A stretch of 64,000 nt of DNA from Octopus vulgaris (Eukaryota). Each line of letters starts with the position of its first letter. Position 1 is the first letter of the stretch. A program made the position numbers and the translations under genes. This document shows, one piece after another, positions 50,585 through 63,459 of this stretch. The notes below the pieces were generated by a model. It was not told where the DNA came from. It searched no databases and worked only from the letters and a program-made list of their open reading frames with translations. Location: contig OX597815.1 of the NCBI GenBank assembly GCA_951406725.2, positions 57,102,001-57,166,000 of the forward strand. Reading direction: 5' to 3'.

Positions 50585-53280
50585 CTAATGGCTACTGAGG
50601 CATGCCAGCATGCTTGCAGCATTGCCACAGGTGATGGTGATGCTGATGTGCTGCAATAGCCAAGTTCCCTCACAAGCCTCCCCAGTTATCTCTGCAAGGT
50701 GAGTTGCTAGTGAAGATAGGAATCTTGCAGTTAGTGGTCCAACCCCACCAAATGTCTCAAATGCCACAGGATGGAAAATGTAGTTGGCCAACAGATTGCT
50801 GTATTTCAGGATTTTGTTCTGCACAGCTGCAGAAGCTGTGGATCTTGCCCTGACTGCAGCATCCAGGATGTGAGAAGAAGCAAAGGATCACTAACTGAGA
50901 CATCCCAGACAAGGCATCTACCTTGCAATCAGGGGCACAGGGTGAGGCTGTCAGGTCTCTTCTCATCACACCTGGACAATCCCATGGTTCCAAGATGGAA
51001 GGGATGTTTGCCCAGGCCAAGCTCACGCAAAGCAACCAGCATTCAGGTGGCAAGAAAGGCCATGGAAGCTTGTGGAGTTGAGGAGCCTGCCACCATAACA
51101 GATCAAACCTGTGCATACATCAGCGCCCATTCTGAGGGCAATGGAGACACGAAATTCATCCAAGCTGAGTAGGCCACCAACATTAGCCACAGACATGGCA
51201 TCAATCCAGTCATCCGAGTATTTGGTGCTAGCAGACAGTAAGAGACACCTTGAAAACTGGTCTGACTGGATGAAGAGGGTGTCGAAGGTGGCCTTCGAAA
51301 TTATGTTGTCCCAAACTCTCTGACTCTGACAGTCCTCCACTTTCTCAGGAGTAGACAAGCCCAATTCCCTCCAGTGTTGAAGGACTTCATCCAACTCCCT
51401 GTTTGAACTGGTCCATATTGCTCACCAGGGTGGAGCAGGCGTGGGTAGAGAAAAGGAAGCAGAGGAGAGAGAGGGATGAACACTTACGAAGATCAAGCCC
51501 TCCAAACTACTTGAGCAATGCAGCCTGATCATGGGACATTGGAGAGAGTCTGACTTTGACTAAGCATTCGAATCTCTCAAAGATTAGGTTGTTGAAGCAT
51601 TTGAGGCACAATGGGAATCCATAAGATGAGCTAACTCTGAGCAAATATAGAAGCTTAGGGATCGGGAGGTAATTCCTATGTATGAAAAAACCTTGATGGG
51701 GTTTGATAGCTTCAATATTTTTCAGCAATTGCTCAAGAGCAGCCACCTTCGACTGGAAGATGAACTCAAAGCCAAAGTCAGGGATTGGGGCTCCTAGGGA
51801 AGAACTCTGCAAAAAGGTCAATAGTTGGTTGATGTTGAGAAGCCAGGGGGTTGAGGATCCAGAGCTCACATTTGGAGCTGTTTACTTGGAGACCCCAGCA
51901 ACTAAGCTCCCCAACCATCGTGTTTGCAATGGCAAGAACCCTGTCCAGTGATCCTCCAAAAAAGCATCGCTGAGATACCAGACGATGAGGTCTAGCTTGA
52001 CCCCCATTTTGGTGATGTCATCAATGCCCAGTATGAACAGAGTGGGCCTAAGTGGGTCGCCCTGTTGGACTCCTGTGGCAGAGGTGATGATTTGGTCACC
52101 AAAAGAGAGATAGGAGGGCTCCTGATAAGCCTGCCATGCAAGGCAGTAGAGTTGTGAGGCCTCTCTTACTGAGCTGAGGACAGCATCGCAACTGATGGAG
52201 TTGAAAGCATTCTTAAGGTCAAATTTGAGGATAACCTTGGGTGACAAGGAGGGCAAGTTGGCATAAGCTCAGTTAGTGTGGGCAGCAGTTTCACATCCCA
52301 ATTTGGTGCCCACTCCTAGCTGGGTGGGGGGAAAATTTCTCCTCCAATAAGCTAAAGACCGATTGTAAGCACACCTTTGCAGTGAGACAGTGAAGGGTGC
52401 AGCTGACTACAATGGGGCGCAGGTCTCCATTGGGTTTAGTGAGCCCAAATAATTTTGCACCAAAGAATAGTGGGCGGATATAGGGGAGGATGTTCACTGA
52501 CAGAGACAAATTCTCCAAGAGCTCAAGTCCGGCATCACCAGCCGATAAGGAGATACTATCCTTGAGGTGTTGAGGCCGAAGGCCATCAATTCCCATACCT
52601 GAACCAGCAGGGAAGGATGAAATCGCCTTTCTGATGTTATCAAAGGTGAAGACCGATCTCAAGTGTTCTAGGGGATTGAGCCAGTTTAGTTGATTATCTG
52701 GGGGTGCTGGTGGGTGCTTCTCTGTCAGATGTCTAAGAGACTCTGAGTCACACAGAGCGAGGGAGGATAGAGAAGAGATAGACAGCCCTTTTAAATCAAA
52801 TTCGCTGAATTTGGCATTGACTGTGCACTTGAGGTTTATCAGTTGCCTGATGCTCGATGTCAAACTGAGGTGAGTAGTGGTCGGGGTGGACTCAAATAAC
52901 TGGAACTGTTGCTTGAGAGAGGATGAAGGGAGCCCGATTTCATAGCCTGCATGTGGAGAGATGTGAGGGAACAGAAACAGTTTCTACCAGTTGGACGCAC
53001 TGTTGGATAAACATACATTTTTCAACAAGCTGGAGAGCACACAAGCAAAGCTATTTCAAGCTCCTTTAGGGATCCGGTTAATGAGCTTCGATTTGTATAA
53101 ACCCTGGAGGGCTGCAGCAAAGTCCTCAGTAGAGAGCTGGTTGTCGGAGTTGGGGTATCTCCACAGAGTGCGTCGGAGCTGAAGTGGCACTGACTGCAGG
53201 TTCAGTATGGAAGACTTTTGGCTTGAACCTTGGTGATGTGGACATAACTCCTGTAATAATTTTGGTGACACAGGTGACAA
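50585..53280 (-). mobile_element. CRE-clade-like (RLE) non-LTR retrotransposon, degenerate
   Basis: GIDGLRPQHL, LRPIVV..TLHCL, DLKNAFNS, GVQQGDPL, FRVSIALRMG..C..HGLSC, PVAFETFG; many frameshifts. Confidence 0.8.
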
Positions 53281-55732
53281 TTAATTGTCTTTAAGTATCA
53301 ACTAGTGAAAGCATAAAGAGCACAGTCAGGTGGTGAACTAGATCAACTGACGGTAGAGGGCTAGCATTGGAACCCAATCAAGGAAGTGAGTTAGCAGAGG
53401 CAGCAGGATAAGCAGCATTGGTTCCAAAGGTGGGACGAGAATGGAGGTCAGGTGGTGCGGGGGGAGGGTTAAAACTTGGCAGGGTTAATTCCATTTGAAA
53501 CCCATAGTAGAAAGAGGTTAGCTTCTCTCAAGTTGGTGGAGAATGAGAGGTCAGAGGTTTATCTATTGTCATATAGTCACTCCACCAAGCCCGGCTCTTG
53601 GTTGTTTGATGCATGCCTCCACCACCAAGAATGGATAGGTTAAAGTGGTGGTGATTGAGAGAGAAAAAGTAACAAATATACAAGAATAAGGGAGGGAAGA
53701 AAAAAGAGAGAGAGAGAGGAAAAGAAAAGAAAGGTGATAAAACTTTACAGAGCACTATCAAAAAGTTTAAAGAGCCACACACATGCGACATCCTCCAAAA
53801 TGGCAGAGAGAATAGAGCAAAACAAGATAAAGAAGACAAAGAATAGTTCAGTTTCAAGATCAAAAGCATTGAAATGCAAAAAAAAGAAGAGCAGATCATT
53901 AGTGATTTTGTGTGAATATTGTTGTTTGTACAATTGATGGTGTACTTACTGTGATCACTGCAGAATGTAGTGATTTAGATTTTTTTCCCTTAATTTTTTC
54001 TATCCTTTTCCCTTTTTCTCCCTATTTTTCCTTCCCCTCCATTCATGTCTGCACGTGATTTGTTGGCGAAAATCAGATTTTCATTTGAGCAGGTTATAAA
54101 AGCATTAAAACACAATTATAACAAGTACTTTTTCAGATTTTTAAACCTAAATATTGTATTATACTCAACAACTACATGCTACTCCTTTTTTCAATCAAGT
54201 GTATCATCATATTTAGGACAGCATTACAGAAGTAAGTTATATTTATTATTCAACTTGATGTGTAACGAAGTGTTAAAATCATTTACATTTTTCTATGATA
54301 GTCATTAACATATAACATTCCACGTGTATATATTTTTTGTGTGTGTGAATAACACTTTAGTGTTTGAAGCTATTGAATTTGTTCCAAATCATTCAACATG
54401 AGCTGGAGTAATTTCATTTATTTTATAGTTTGAAGTTTTCTAAATTATCCAACATCGTTTCTACTTTTTTGCTGTCACAATGGTCAAAGGAAACTAAAAC
54501 AACAGTTGGAGTGGGAGTGAGTCACAGACAAAGATGCTAAATGCAGGGGGCCTGTAATGAGATGTTTTGCTCTGAAGTCACTGGTATTTTTATCAGAATG
54601 AGACAAAATTTTTATCATGAATTATACTTTACCAATTTCACATCTACACACAGTGAAACACAATTCCTAATTTTGATAACTTTTGAAAGATAAATCCATA
54701 AGGAGAAACAACACACACACACACACAGAGTAAAACAATTTCAAATTTTTATAACTTTTGAAAGATAAATTCATAAGGAACAAGAAACAAGAATGTTACT
54801 GGTGTCTGAAGGTCTTCTGTAAGAACAGAATTCCATGAAAGTCATACAGATCCTCATATTTTCATTATGAGGGCAAATTTTATCAAGTTTATTTGTTTTG
54901 AGACCAGATGTCTCAATTTCTTTACAAATGTCTACAGGTCATGGATACATTCATGTATGTTAGGAGGTAATAAAAGAAGCACAGCATGACTTGTTTTCAT
55001 TTTTGGCAGATTTATATAAAAAGTTTGTATACTCTGTATATTGTTTCCATTAGTCAGCAGTTGCTTTCCAAAATTCACTATTGAACCTAAATCATACCAC
55101 AGCAAGCCATACATAAAAAAATGTATTGTCATACTTGGATGAAGATAACTGCAAACACTGTGAAACTTACTGTGGTTTGCACTTCTCATTGTAAACAAAG
55201 GAAGATGAATCACATACCATCAGTTTTTGGTATGTTCTTGAGTAAGTAAAATATAAAACCATACAGGATTTTTCTTGATATGTCTTGGTGTCTAGGTTGC
55301 CATAATTTCAATTTGGGGAATATATACTTATTATGACTTGCTTATTGATATTTTCACAGGTGTATTTATGTGGTTAGAGATAATAGTAAACAAGTCATTA
55401 AGGCACTGAAGAAAGTGAGTATATATCACATAAAACAGTTTGTTAGCACTTAATACAAATTAGTAAACTTTGCTAGTAGATTCACATACTAGACATTATC
55501 CCTCACCAGCTTCTTAATGAGAACTAAATCCTCCAATGGTTTTATAACCTGTAATTTTCCATTTATTTTTTGTAACTACCAATTTCAGTTTATAGTCTTT
55601 ATTGTTATTTCATTTCGTGTTATTTTGTTCTAAAACTGATTCTATTCTGCACTATCAAAAAACAAATTTGATGCATCTTCCTCCCATCCTCCTTGTCACA
55701 TCATCCCTTCTATGTCACTTACTTTCTCCACT

Positions 55733-55852
55733 AACAGTTTCTGCAAAATGGATGACCTGATTAGCCTTTCCTAATGTTGTGTGATCATACAGCATGTCTC
55801 TTCCAATGAATAGGTTGCTGAATGACTCAAATACCTTTGAGCACAACCAATC
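55733..55852 (+). ncRNA. Candidate intronic snoRNA, copy 1
   Basis: 120-bp direct repeat; hairpins; ANANNA (ACAGCA) and a near-terminal ACA; also UGGAUGA and CUGA. Confidence 0.5.
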
Positions 55853-56090
55853 CTTTATTCTCTGAATACTTCTGAACCCTTCCCTATTTTTCTTACAGAT
55901 ATTAACTCACAGGTTTCAATCTGAACACTAGCCACATTGATCTCATTTAATCTCAAAAGTTTTAGAAAATTTGCAGAATATACTGAGACTGTTCCACCCA
56001 CTTATGAGAGTAAAGTTAGAAAAAATATGACTTCAAATTATAAGAATAAGTGAAGTCATAAATCTTGTTTGTGGCATACAGTTTTTAACA

Positions 56091-56210
56091 AACAGTTTCT
56101 GCAAAATGGATGACCTGATTAGCCTTTCCTAATGTTGTGTGATCACACAGCATGTCTCTTTCAATGAATAGGTTGCTGAATACCTCAAATACCTTTGAGC
56201 ACAACCAATC
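56091..56210 (+). ncRNA. Candidate intronic snoRNA, copy 2
   Basis: 4 differences from copy 1 over 120 bp; flanks largely unalignable. Confidence 0.5.
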
Positions 56211-57514
56211 ATTAATTAAGAAGCTTTTATATTTTCTTATTTCATTCTTCATGTAAGCCTTTTTAAAGTTAATTATCAGATACATAACAACTCAGCAGGT
56301 AAGGTGAATTTTATACTTCATATTGTTTTTTACAAAGATAAACATAGACAAAAGTCACACTTTAAGTTAAATTACTACTACATATACATTTTTAACTTAT
56401 AAAAGTCGACAATATTACTTTAAAAACAGATATAATTGAATAAAACAAATGAATTCTACCAGGAATCATCCAAAATTTAAAAACCATATTTAAAATTTGT
56501 ACTATTTTTACAGCTTTGAATATATAAATGAAATGCAATGTACCTTTTTGCTCAGTTTGTTGCACTTTTCACTAGTCATTAAACTAAAATGTCTTTTATA
56601 CTCAAAAAAGAGAAGTTTTACAACTTTCATTCCAGCATTTTTGAAAACTATTAATTTTCTATTGTTCAGAAGTATTTTGCTTCAACTATACTTTGATAAG
56701 TAGTGAGGCCCACTCTCCACATTCCTAATGTAGTTTAGTGGTAGACATTCTTATTAATCATAGTAATACATGTATAATATATTTCTTCATATTTTTGATC
56801 ATACAGTGGGTATCATTTGATAATGAACTTACTATAATTTTATCCTTATATGAATATGCCAACTTCTCTGATGAGAATTTTAAATTTTAAATGTAATACA
56901 AAAAAAATTAGTATGTGGTTTTTATGATCAAAGAAGACTCTGAATTCGAAAGTTTCTATAACATGGATAAATGTCAGTTCCTGATTAACAATTTAAGCTG
57001 TTAAATATCCATTTCATGTGTATTATTTCATATAAAGTTAAAAGTATTTAAAAACTTTTTAACATTTTATATATTCTTCAAAAATATTCTCTTAAATATT
57101 TGTCTTATTCCATTTTTACTAACTTCAGTAAATATTTTCCTAGCTTGAAACCCACCAGTAAAATAAAAAGTACACCCAATTCAAAAAGATCAAAATGCTT
57201 ATTGAATCGCTTGCTAAAAATTCCTGTTTACCACAAAAAACTTTTATGGGTAGGTTTGTTAAGGTATGTATTCATTTATTCATCACTTATCATAACAAAT
57301 ATTTTCACTAACAACTACACAATCTATATCAATTTAAATGCCTCTTTTTTTTTTATTAATATGCTAGATCAATGTAGTGGAATTAGAAGTTTAACCAAAC
57401 AACCTTTTATATTTTCTAAAGATATTGCTTTTACTGCAATATCCTAATAAAATGTGAAAATAATTTCAAATAATATTTCTTTCCTAATCCTTAACTGAAT
57501 TTGGAATAAGTTTA

Positions 57515-57696
57515 TACAGCTCTTCACAGGTGGTTGGGTATGACATGCAGAAGCCATCACAGTAGTAATAGAAAAGGTAAAGTTGTGTGACAGCCTTCCT
57601 GTGGACCAGTGGTTGGAGACTAATCTCATGCTAGTTGTTGATGCATTTAGTCCTTTTTTGCTAAGGCTGGTCAAGTGTCTGGTGTACACGACATGC
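57515..57696 (+). ncRNA. Candidate H/ACA snoRNA or scaRNA
   Basis: Hairpin (ggtggtt/agccatc), ATAGAA H-box at 57568-73, long hairpin (tgtgtg/tacacg, gaccag/ctggtc, gactaa/ttagtc), ACA at 57691-93 plus 3 nt. Confidence 0.55.
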
Positions 57697-58211
57697 TTTT
57701 ATTTCATCTACATGCTTTTTTTTCCATCTACATACTTTTTATTTCAACAAAACTGCTTTTTCTTCCCATAAAAGTCAACATAACTGATGTTTTACATTTT
57801 ACAAGCTAAACTAGAAAATCTATACTCATAGTCATTTTTAATCTTGTTTGTTGCTCTAACATGCATTATTTTTAGCCTCAGCATACAAAATATAAACTTT
57901 TTCATTTTATTCTCCTTTTATTTCATTTTGTGTACAAAATTATTAATTTCTTATTTATGAAAGTCTCCATTAAAAAAATTCTGTTTATCTTTTTCTCTTA
58001 TTTTACAAAAACTTAACTTAAAAAAAAATAATTTTTTATGTGTATATAATTTTTTAATTTGAAGATTGAAATATCTTTTACAACATATTTTACTAACTTT
58101 TTCTCTTATTTCCCAGAGAATAATTACTTCTAAGTATGAAATAAAGTTCATTTAACATGTTATTAGGAAACAGAAAGTTGAATATTAAAGGCTTGTAAAG
58201 AAATTTTCATT

Positions 58212-58570
58212 GGCATAAGCATGGTTGGATGTTTAAGAAGTTTACTTCCCAATCACTTGGTTTCAGTAAAATTCTACAGCACTTTGAGCAAATATCTTCT
58301 ACTATAGACCCAGGGTGACCTTGCTGGTGAATTTGGTTGATGGAAACTAGTTGGCTGTCTGTAATGTGTGTGTGTGTTTGTGTGTGCACGTGCGTGCGTG
58401 TGTGTGTCCTCAACACTTGACAATAAGTGGTTCTTCTGCAAAAAGAGACCATTGAAATAAGTACTACACTTTAAATTAAGTACTGAGGTCAATTTGTTCC
58501 ACTAAACCCTTAAAGATGGTGCCCCAGCATGGTACAATCCAATGATTGAAACAAGTAAAGAATAAAAGAG
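58212..58570 (+). mobile_element. Degenerate tRNA-derived SINE with CR1-type tail
   Basis: tRNA-like head, internal (TG)n, tail ggtgccccagcatgg...gaaacaagtaaagaataa. Confidence 0.7.
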
Positions 58571-58759
58571 TAGAAACAACTTCCACTTTTTAATCATATT
58601 AAAGTAACTTTTTAGCATCATACAACACTGGCTTGGAAATGTTGAAAACTTTTGCTTGAAGAGTAATATGCTGTATATAGTGAACACTAATCTAAAAAGA
58701 TATATGTTAGTGTAAAACTTTGGATGCTGATGTGCAAGCACGCAAAATTACAAAATCCT

Positions 58760-60535
58760 CATCATCATTGTTTAGCATTTGCTTTCCATGCTGGCATGGG
58801 TTAGACAGTTTGATTGGAACTGGTAAACTGGAGAGTGGTACCAAGTTCCAATCTGACTTGGAATGGTTTCTATGACTGGATGCCCTTCCTAATGCCAACC
58901 ACTCCAAGAGTGTTATGGGTGCTTTTATGTGCCACCAGCAAGGATACCAGTTACATGACATCAGCATCAGCCACAACTACGATTTCACTTGGCTTGATGA
59001 GTCTTCTCAAGCATGGCATATCACCAAAGGTCTCAGTCATTTATTATCACCTCCATAAGGCCCAATGTTCGAAGATCATGTTTCACCATCCCATCTTCCT
59101 GGATTTACCTCTCCATATGTTTCCTTCACAGTTAGAGATTGGTACCTCTTTACACAGCTATCCCTGTCCATATGCATCACATGGCCATACCATCACAGTC
59201 ATCTCTCTTGCACACTACATCTGATGCCTCTTACGGCCAACTTTTCTCTCAAGACATTTATACAAAGCATACTAGGTTAATTTCTTTCAGACTTCAGTGG
59301 TCACAGCCCATGTTTCATGGCCATGTAGCATGGCTGTTTGCTCACAGGCATCATACAATCTGCCTCCCACTCTGAGGGATAGGCCCTTAGTTGCCAACAG
59401 AGGTAGGAGTTCTCTGAACTTTGCCCAGCCTATTCTTATTCAAGCAGCTATGCTCTCAGGGCATCCATCTCCACTTGGTCACCTAGATAATGGAAGCTTT
59501 CAACTATTTCTAGGTATCCGTCACCCCCTGATATTTGATGGAGTCTATTTTCTGTACATTTCTAGTGTTTATTGTACCTCCACACACAATTAATATTTTC
59601 CTTCTTAACCTTCCTATGATATTGGTGAACTTCTTGTGTGTCTATAACTTGCACCAGGTACATCTTATGAAGTTTCTACATATGCCTTTTCTACATATCA
59701 AGCAGAGCCATCTACCTGAAGGGATATGTGAGTTGTCCTCTTTCCTACTTACTAAGACTTTGATGTTTGCTAAATTAATTCTAAAACCTTGCTTCCAAAT
59801 CTGAAATTTCTTTTCTTGTTCTGGTAGTGATTCATCTATAAAAACAAGGTCATCAGCATAGAGGACCTCCCAGGGGCAGCCTATCTTAAATACCTCTGTT
59901 ATTGCCAGGAGAACTATGATGAACAAGAGGGGGCTGAGAACTAATCCTTGATGAACCCCTACTTGTATCCTGAATTCATCACCGTATGTGTTGCCAACTC
60001 TCACCTTACTTACTTACAACCACTCATCTATCTCTAGTTTCCACATTGACCACCAGATAAGGGAGCAGGAAACTTTGTCGAAGACTTTCTCTATGTCAAC
60101 AAAAGCCAAGTACACAGGTTTATTTCTGGCTAGTACTTCTCCTGCAGCTGACCCATCAGAAATATAGCATCAGTGGTACTTCACCTTGTCACAAAACCAA
60201 ACTGCATTTCATCTAGAATAACTCTCTTCCTAATTAGTTGGGCTATAACCCTCTCCATAACTTTCATCTCCTAATCCAACAATTTGATACTTCTGTAGTT
60301 ATTTCTGTCTAAGGTGTTACCTTTGTAGCAGTTGACTATGATGCTGCTGCACCAATCATTGAATATGACTCCTTCGTGTACAATCTGGTTAACTATATGG
60401 GTGATAACCCACACTGCCAAATATTTTGAGCATCTCAGTGGTGATTTCTGATGGGCCAGGGACTTTCCTGGCTTTCATATCCTTCATCACTTTATCTACC
60501 ATGCTCAATGGCTTTATATACCCATGTTTCCAGAG
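58760..60535 (-). mobile_element. Older degenerate copy of the PHD-bearing RTE family
   Basis: HQGLVLSP, YADD, WLCLICRKG..RCTWCKL; same 3' tail. Confidence 0.88.
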
Positions 60536-60782
60536 GAAGCTCCAAAGAATTCCTCTCAGCACATGGTTATGATGCTCCCTCATTACTTCTGCTCATCATC
60601 AGAGATGCACATATCATACTCAAATGGTTAAGGTCAAACAACGGACAAGCAAATTTGTGGTATTGAGCAGAATATTTGCTGTAGCCCATTTTTTATACCA
60701 AGATAAAATAATGTACATGATAACACTTCCAATCAGTTAAGATCGGATGCCATGGGAGCCACTGCCTGGTACTGCATCACAG

Positions 60783-60837
<55 letters not shown>

Positions 60838-61905
60838 GTATGTTTGACTTTTGCTTTATATTTGTACAAGTTGGCTCCAAGTCTCACTCAGAGACCTCAA
60901 GAGGCAACAGGTTGGAAGTTCATATTGTTGTTATGCCTAGTGTGCCATATATTTGGTTTTGTATTTAGTGTTGTACTAGTGAATGCCTAAAGAAGAAAAA
61001 AAAAACGAAAGTTATGTTTGTTTTAAAACTTGAGGTTACATAGAAAGTATTTTGCAAAGGATATGAGCAGTTCCCATGAGCACTATCTTTTGAATTTCTG
61101 CCATTTTGGGGTTTCCTGGTATCTGAGTTAGGTAGCGATCAGCCCCTTTTGCTATCATTCCCAGGGCACCTGTGACAACAGGTATTGCTTTAGTCTTCAG
61201 GTTCCACATTTTGCTGATTTCTATTTCAAGATCTTTATATTTGCTCAGTTTTTAGTAGGTCTTGACAGATACGTTTATATCGATTGGGACAGTCATATCA
61301 ATGAGGAGGCATGTTCTTTGTTTGAAGTCTTTCAATATGAGATACTCTGTAGGCGCTAGAAGACTGCACTTGGAGACAACATGATCAATGGTTTCATTTT
61401 GTTGTTGACATACACGACATGTTGGGCTACTGCCGTTCTTTGATATGTTGGCCTGGTAGATCCTTGTTGGTAGGCATTGATCTTGGGCTGCTATGATAAA
61501 CCCTTCTGTTTCAGATTTTAAGCCAGAGGTCATTAGCCATTGATGTGTCAGGGCTTTGTCAACATCTGCATTATTCGCTTTCTTTGGGTATTTGCCATAG
61601 AGAGGTTTTTCTTGCCATTTATCATTCAGAATATCTAAGGCAGCAGTTTTAGCACGGGTTTTCATGCGTTTAAGCTTTTTCTGTGCTTGTTTCTTGTATG
61701 TCTAATTCTGAAATTTGTTGTATTCGGAATTCACTTAGATATTCCTTTGCCTGTTTTGTTACTGAGTATGATGCTTTCTTGTTTTCATGTTTTGAGACAA
61801 GTTTTAACATCCAGTCCTCAGAGTTTTTCAGGTAGGTGTCTAGGCCAATTGTAGCAATCTTCATTGTTATTGCCAGTTGTAGAAGTCCACAGCCTCCCTC
61901 AAATT
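60838..61905 (-). mobile_element. Dong/R4 RLE LINE, 5'-truncated with internal deletion, in (TAA)n
   Basis: GGCGL, ETEGFIIAAQDQ, CRVC..ETIDHVVSKC, LIDMTVP; flanked by TAA arrays. Confidence 0.88.
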
Positions 61906-61924
61906 TTATTATTATTATTATTAT

Positions 61925-62917
61925 TCTATGTTTGACTTTTGCTTTATGTCTGTACAAGTTGGCTCCAAGTCTCACCCAGAGACCTCAAGAGACAACAGGT
62001 TGGAAGTTCTGTGCCATATATTTGGGGGTTTTTTTTTTTTTTTTTTGGTGTTGTACTAGTGAATGTCTAATACATAAAAAATAAATAAATAAATAAATAA
62101 AAAAAAAGTTTGTTTTAAACCTTGGGATTACATAGAGAGTATTTTGCGTAGGATATGAGCAGTTCCCATGAGCACTATCTTTTGAATTTCTGCCATTTTG
62201 GGGTTTCCTGGTATCTGAGTTAGGTAGCAATCAGTCCCTTTCGCTATCATTCCCAGAGCACCTATGACAACAGGTATTGTTTTAGTCTTCAGCTTCCACA
62301 TTTTGCTGATTTCTATTTCAAGATCTTTATATTTGCTCAGTTTTTGGTAGGTCTTGACAGATACGTTTATATCGATTGGGACAGTCATATCAATGAGGAG
62401 GCATGTTCTTTGTCTGAAGTCTTTCAATATAATGTCTGGCCTATTTGCATCTATCTTCCTGTCAGTTTGAATGGTGAAGTTCCAGAGGAGTGAGATGTGG
62501 CCATTTTCAAGCACAGGAGGTGGATTGTGTTCCCACCAGTTTTTTTCATGGGGCAAATCCAGGTTTTTGCAAATTACCCAGTGAATATATTGTGCAGCTC
62601 AATCATGCCTACTGAGGTACTCTGTAGGCGCTAGAAGACTGCATTTGGAGACAACATGGTCAATGGTTTCATTTTGTTGTCAGCATACACGACATGTTGG
62701 GCTACTGCCGTTCTTTAATATGTTGGCCTGGTAGTTTCTTGTTGGTAGGCATTGATCTTGAGCTGCTATGATAAACCCCTCTGTTTCAGATTTTAAGCCA
62801 GAGGGCTTAATTGATGGGTCAGGGCTTTGTCGATATCTGCATTATTCGCTCTCTTTGGGTATTTGCCATAGAGAGGTTTTTCTTGCCATTTATTATTCAG
62901 AATATCTAAGGCCGCAG
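61925..62917 (-). mobile_element. Dong/R4 RLE LINE, second tandem 5'-truncated copy
   Basis: ORF 62128-62556: RPDII, LIDMTVP, KLSKYKDL, PVVIGALG; same 3' UTR; TAA arrays on both sides. Confidence 0.9.
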
Positions 62918-62971
<54 letters not shown>

Positions 62972-62980
62972 CTTCATTTA

Positions 62981-63190
62981 AGGTGGTGAGCTCCCAGAAT
63001 TGTTAGCATGCTGGGCAAAATACTTAGCAGTATTTCACCTGTCACTACATTCTGACTTCAAATTCCACCAAGGTGACTTTGCCTTTCATCCTTTCGGTGT
63101 TGATAAAGTACCAGTGGAACATTGGTGTCGATGTAATCAACTCATCCCCTCCCTCAAAATGGTTGCCCTTGCAGCAAAATTTGAAACCAT
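62981..63190 (+). mobile_element. tRNA-derived SINE with long (ATT)n tail
   Basis: Similar to 17796-17995; an inverted partial copy lies at 63376-63443. Confidence 0.8.
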
Positions 63191-63245
63191 TATTATTATT
63201 ATTATTATTATTATCATTTTTATGATTATTATTATTATTATTATA

Positions 63246-63296
<51 letters not shown>

Positions 63297-63459
63297 ACTA
63301 TTATTATTATTATCATCATTTACTTTTAATTTGCATATTTGTTACAATCATTTGCCAAGACACACCCAGCATCCTAGAGTGAGGGGATGAGTTGATTACA
63401 TCGACACCAATGTTCCACTGGTACTTTATCAACACCGAAAGGATAAGAGATGTTACAGT

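Larger units (their letters stand above)
54938..56298 (+). other. Putative spliced non-coding host transcript (exons 54938-55241, 55360-55414, 55899-?, 56280-56298)
   Basis: Acceptors tctacag, ttttcacag, tttttcttacag, ttatcag; donors gtaagt, gtgagt, gtaagg; no continuous ORF. Confidence 0.45.

Noticed and set aside
54655-54790. Tandem duplication of about 55 bp around (CA)n
   Set aside because: Simple AT-rich local duplication with no structural signal
56085-56285. 120-bp repeat as a duplicated - strand coding exon
   Set aside because: No consistent - strand splice sites, and the differences are all non-synonymous
60545-60785. Possible ribozyme (HDV or twister) next to the TAA array
   Set aside because: Could not build a complete consensus fold by eye; left as an unassigned repeat
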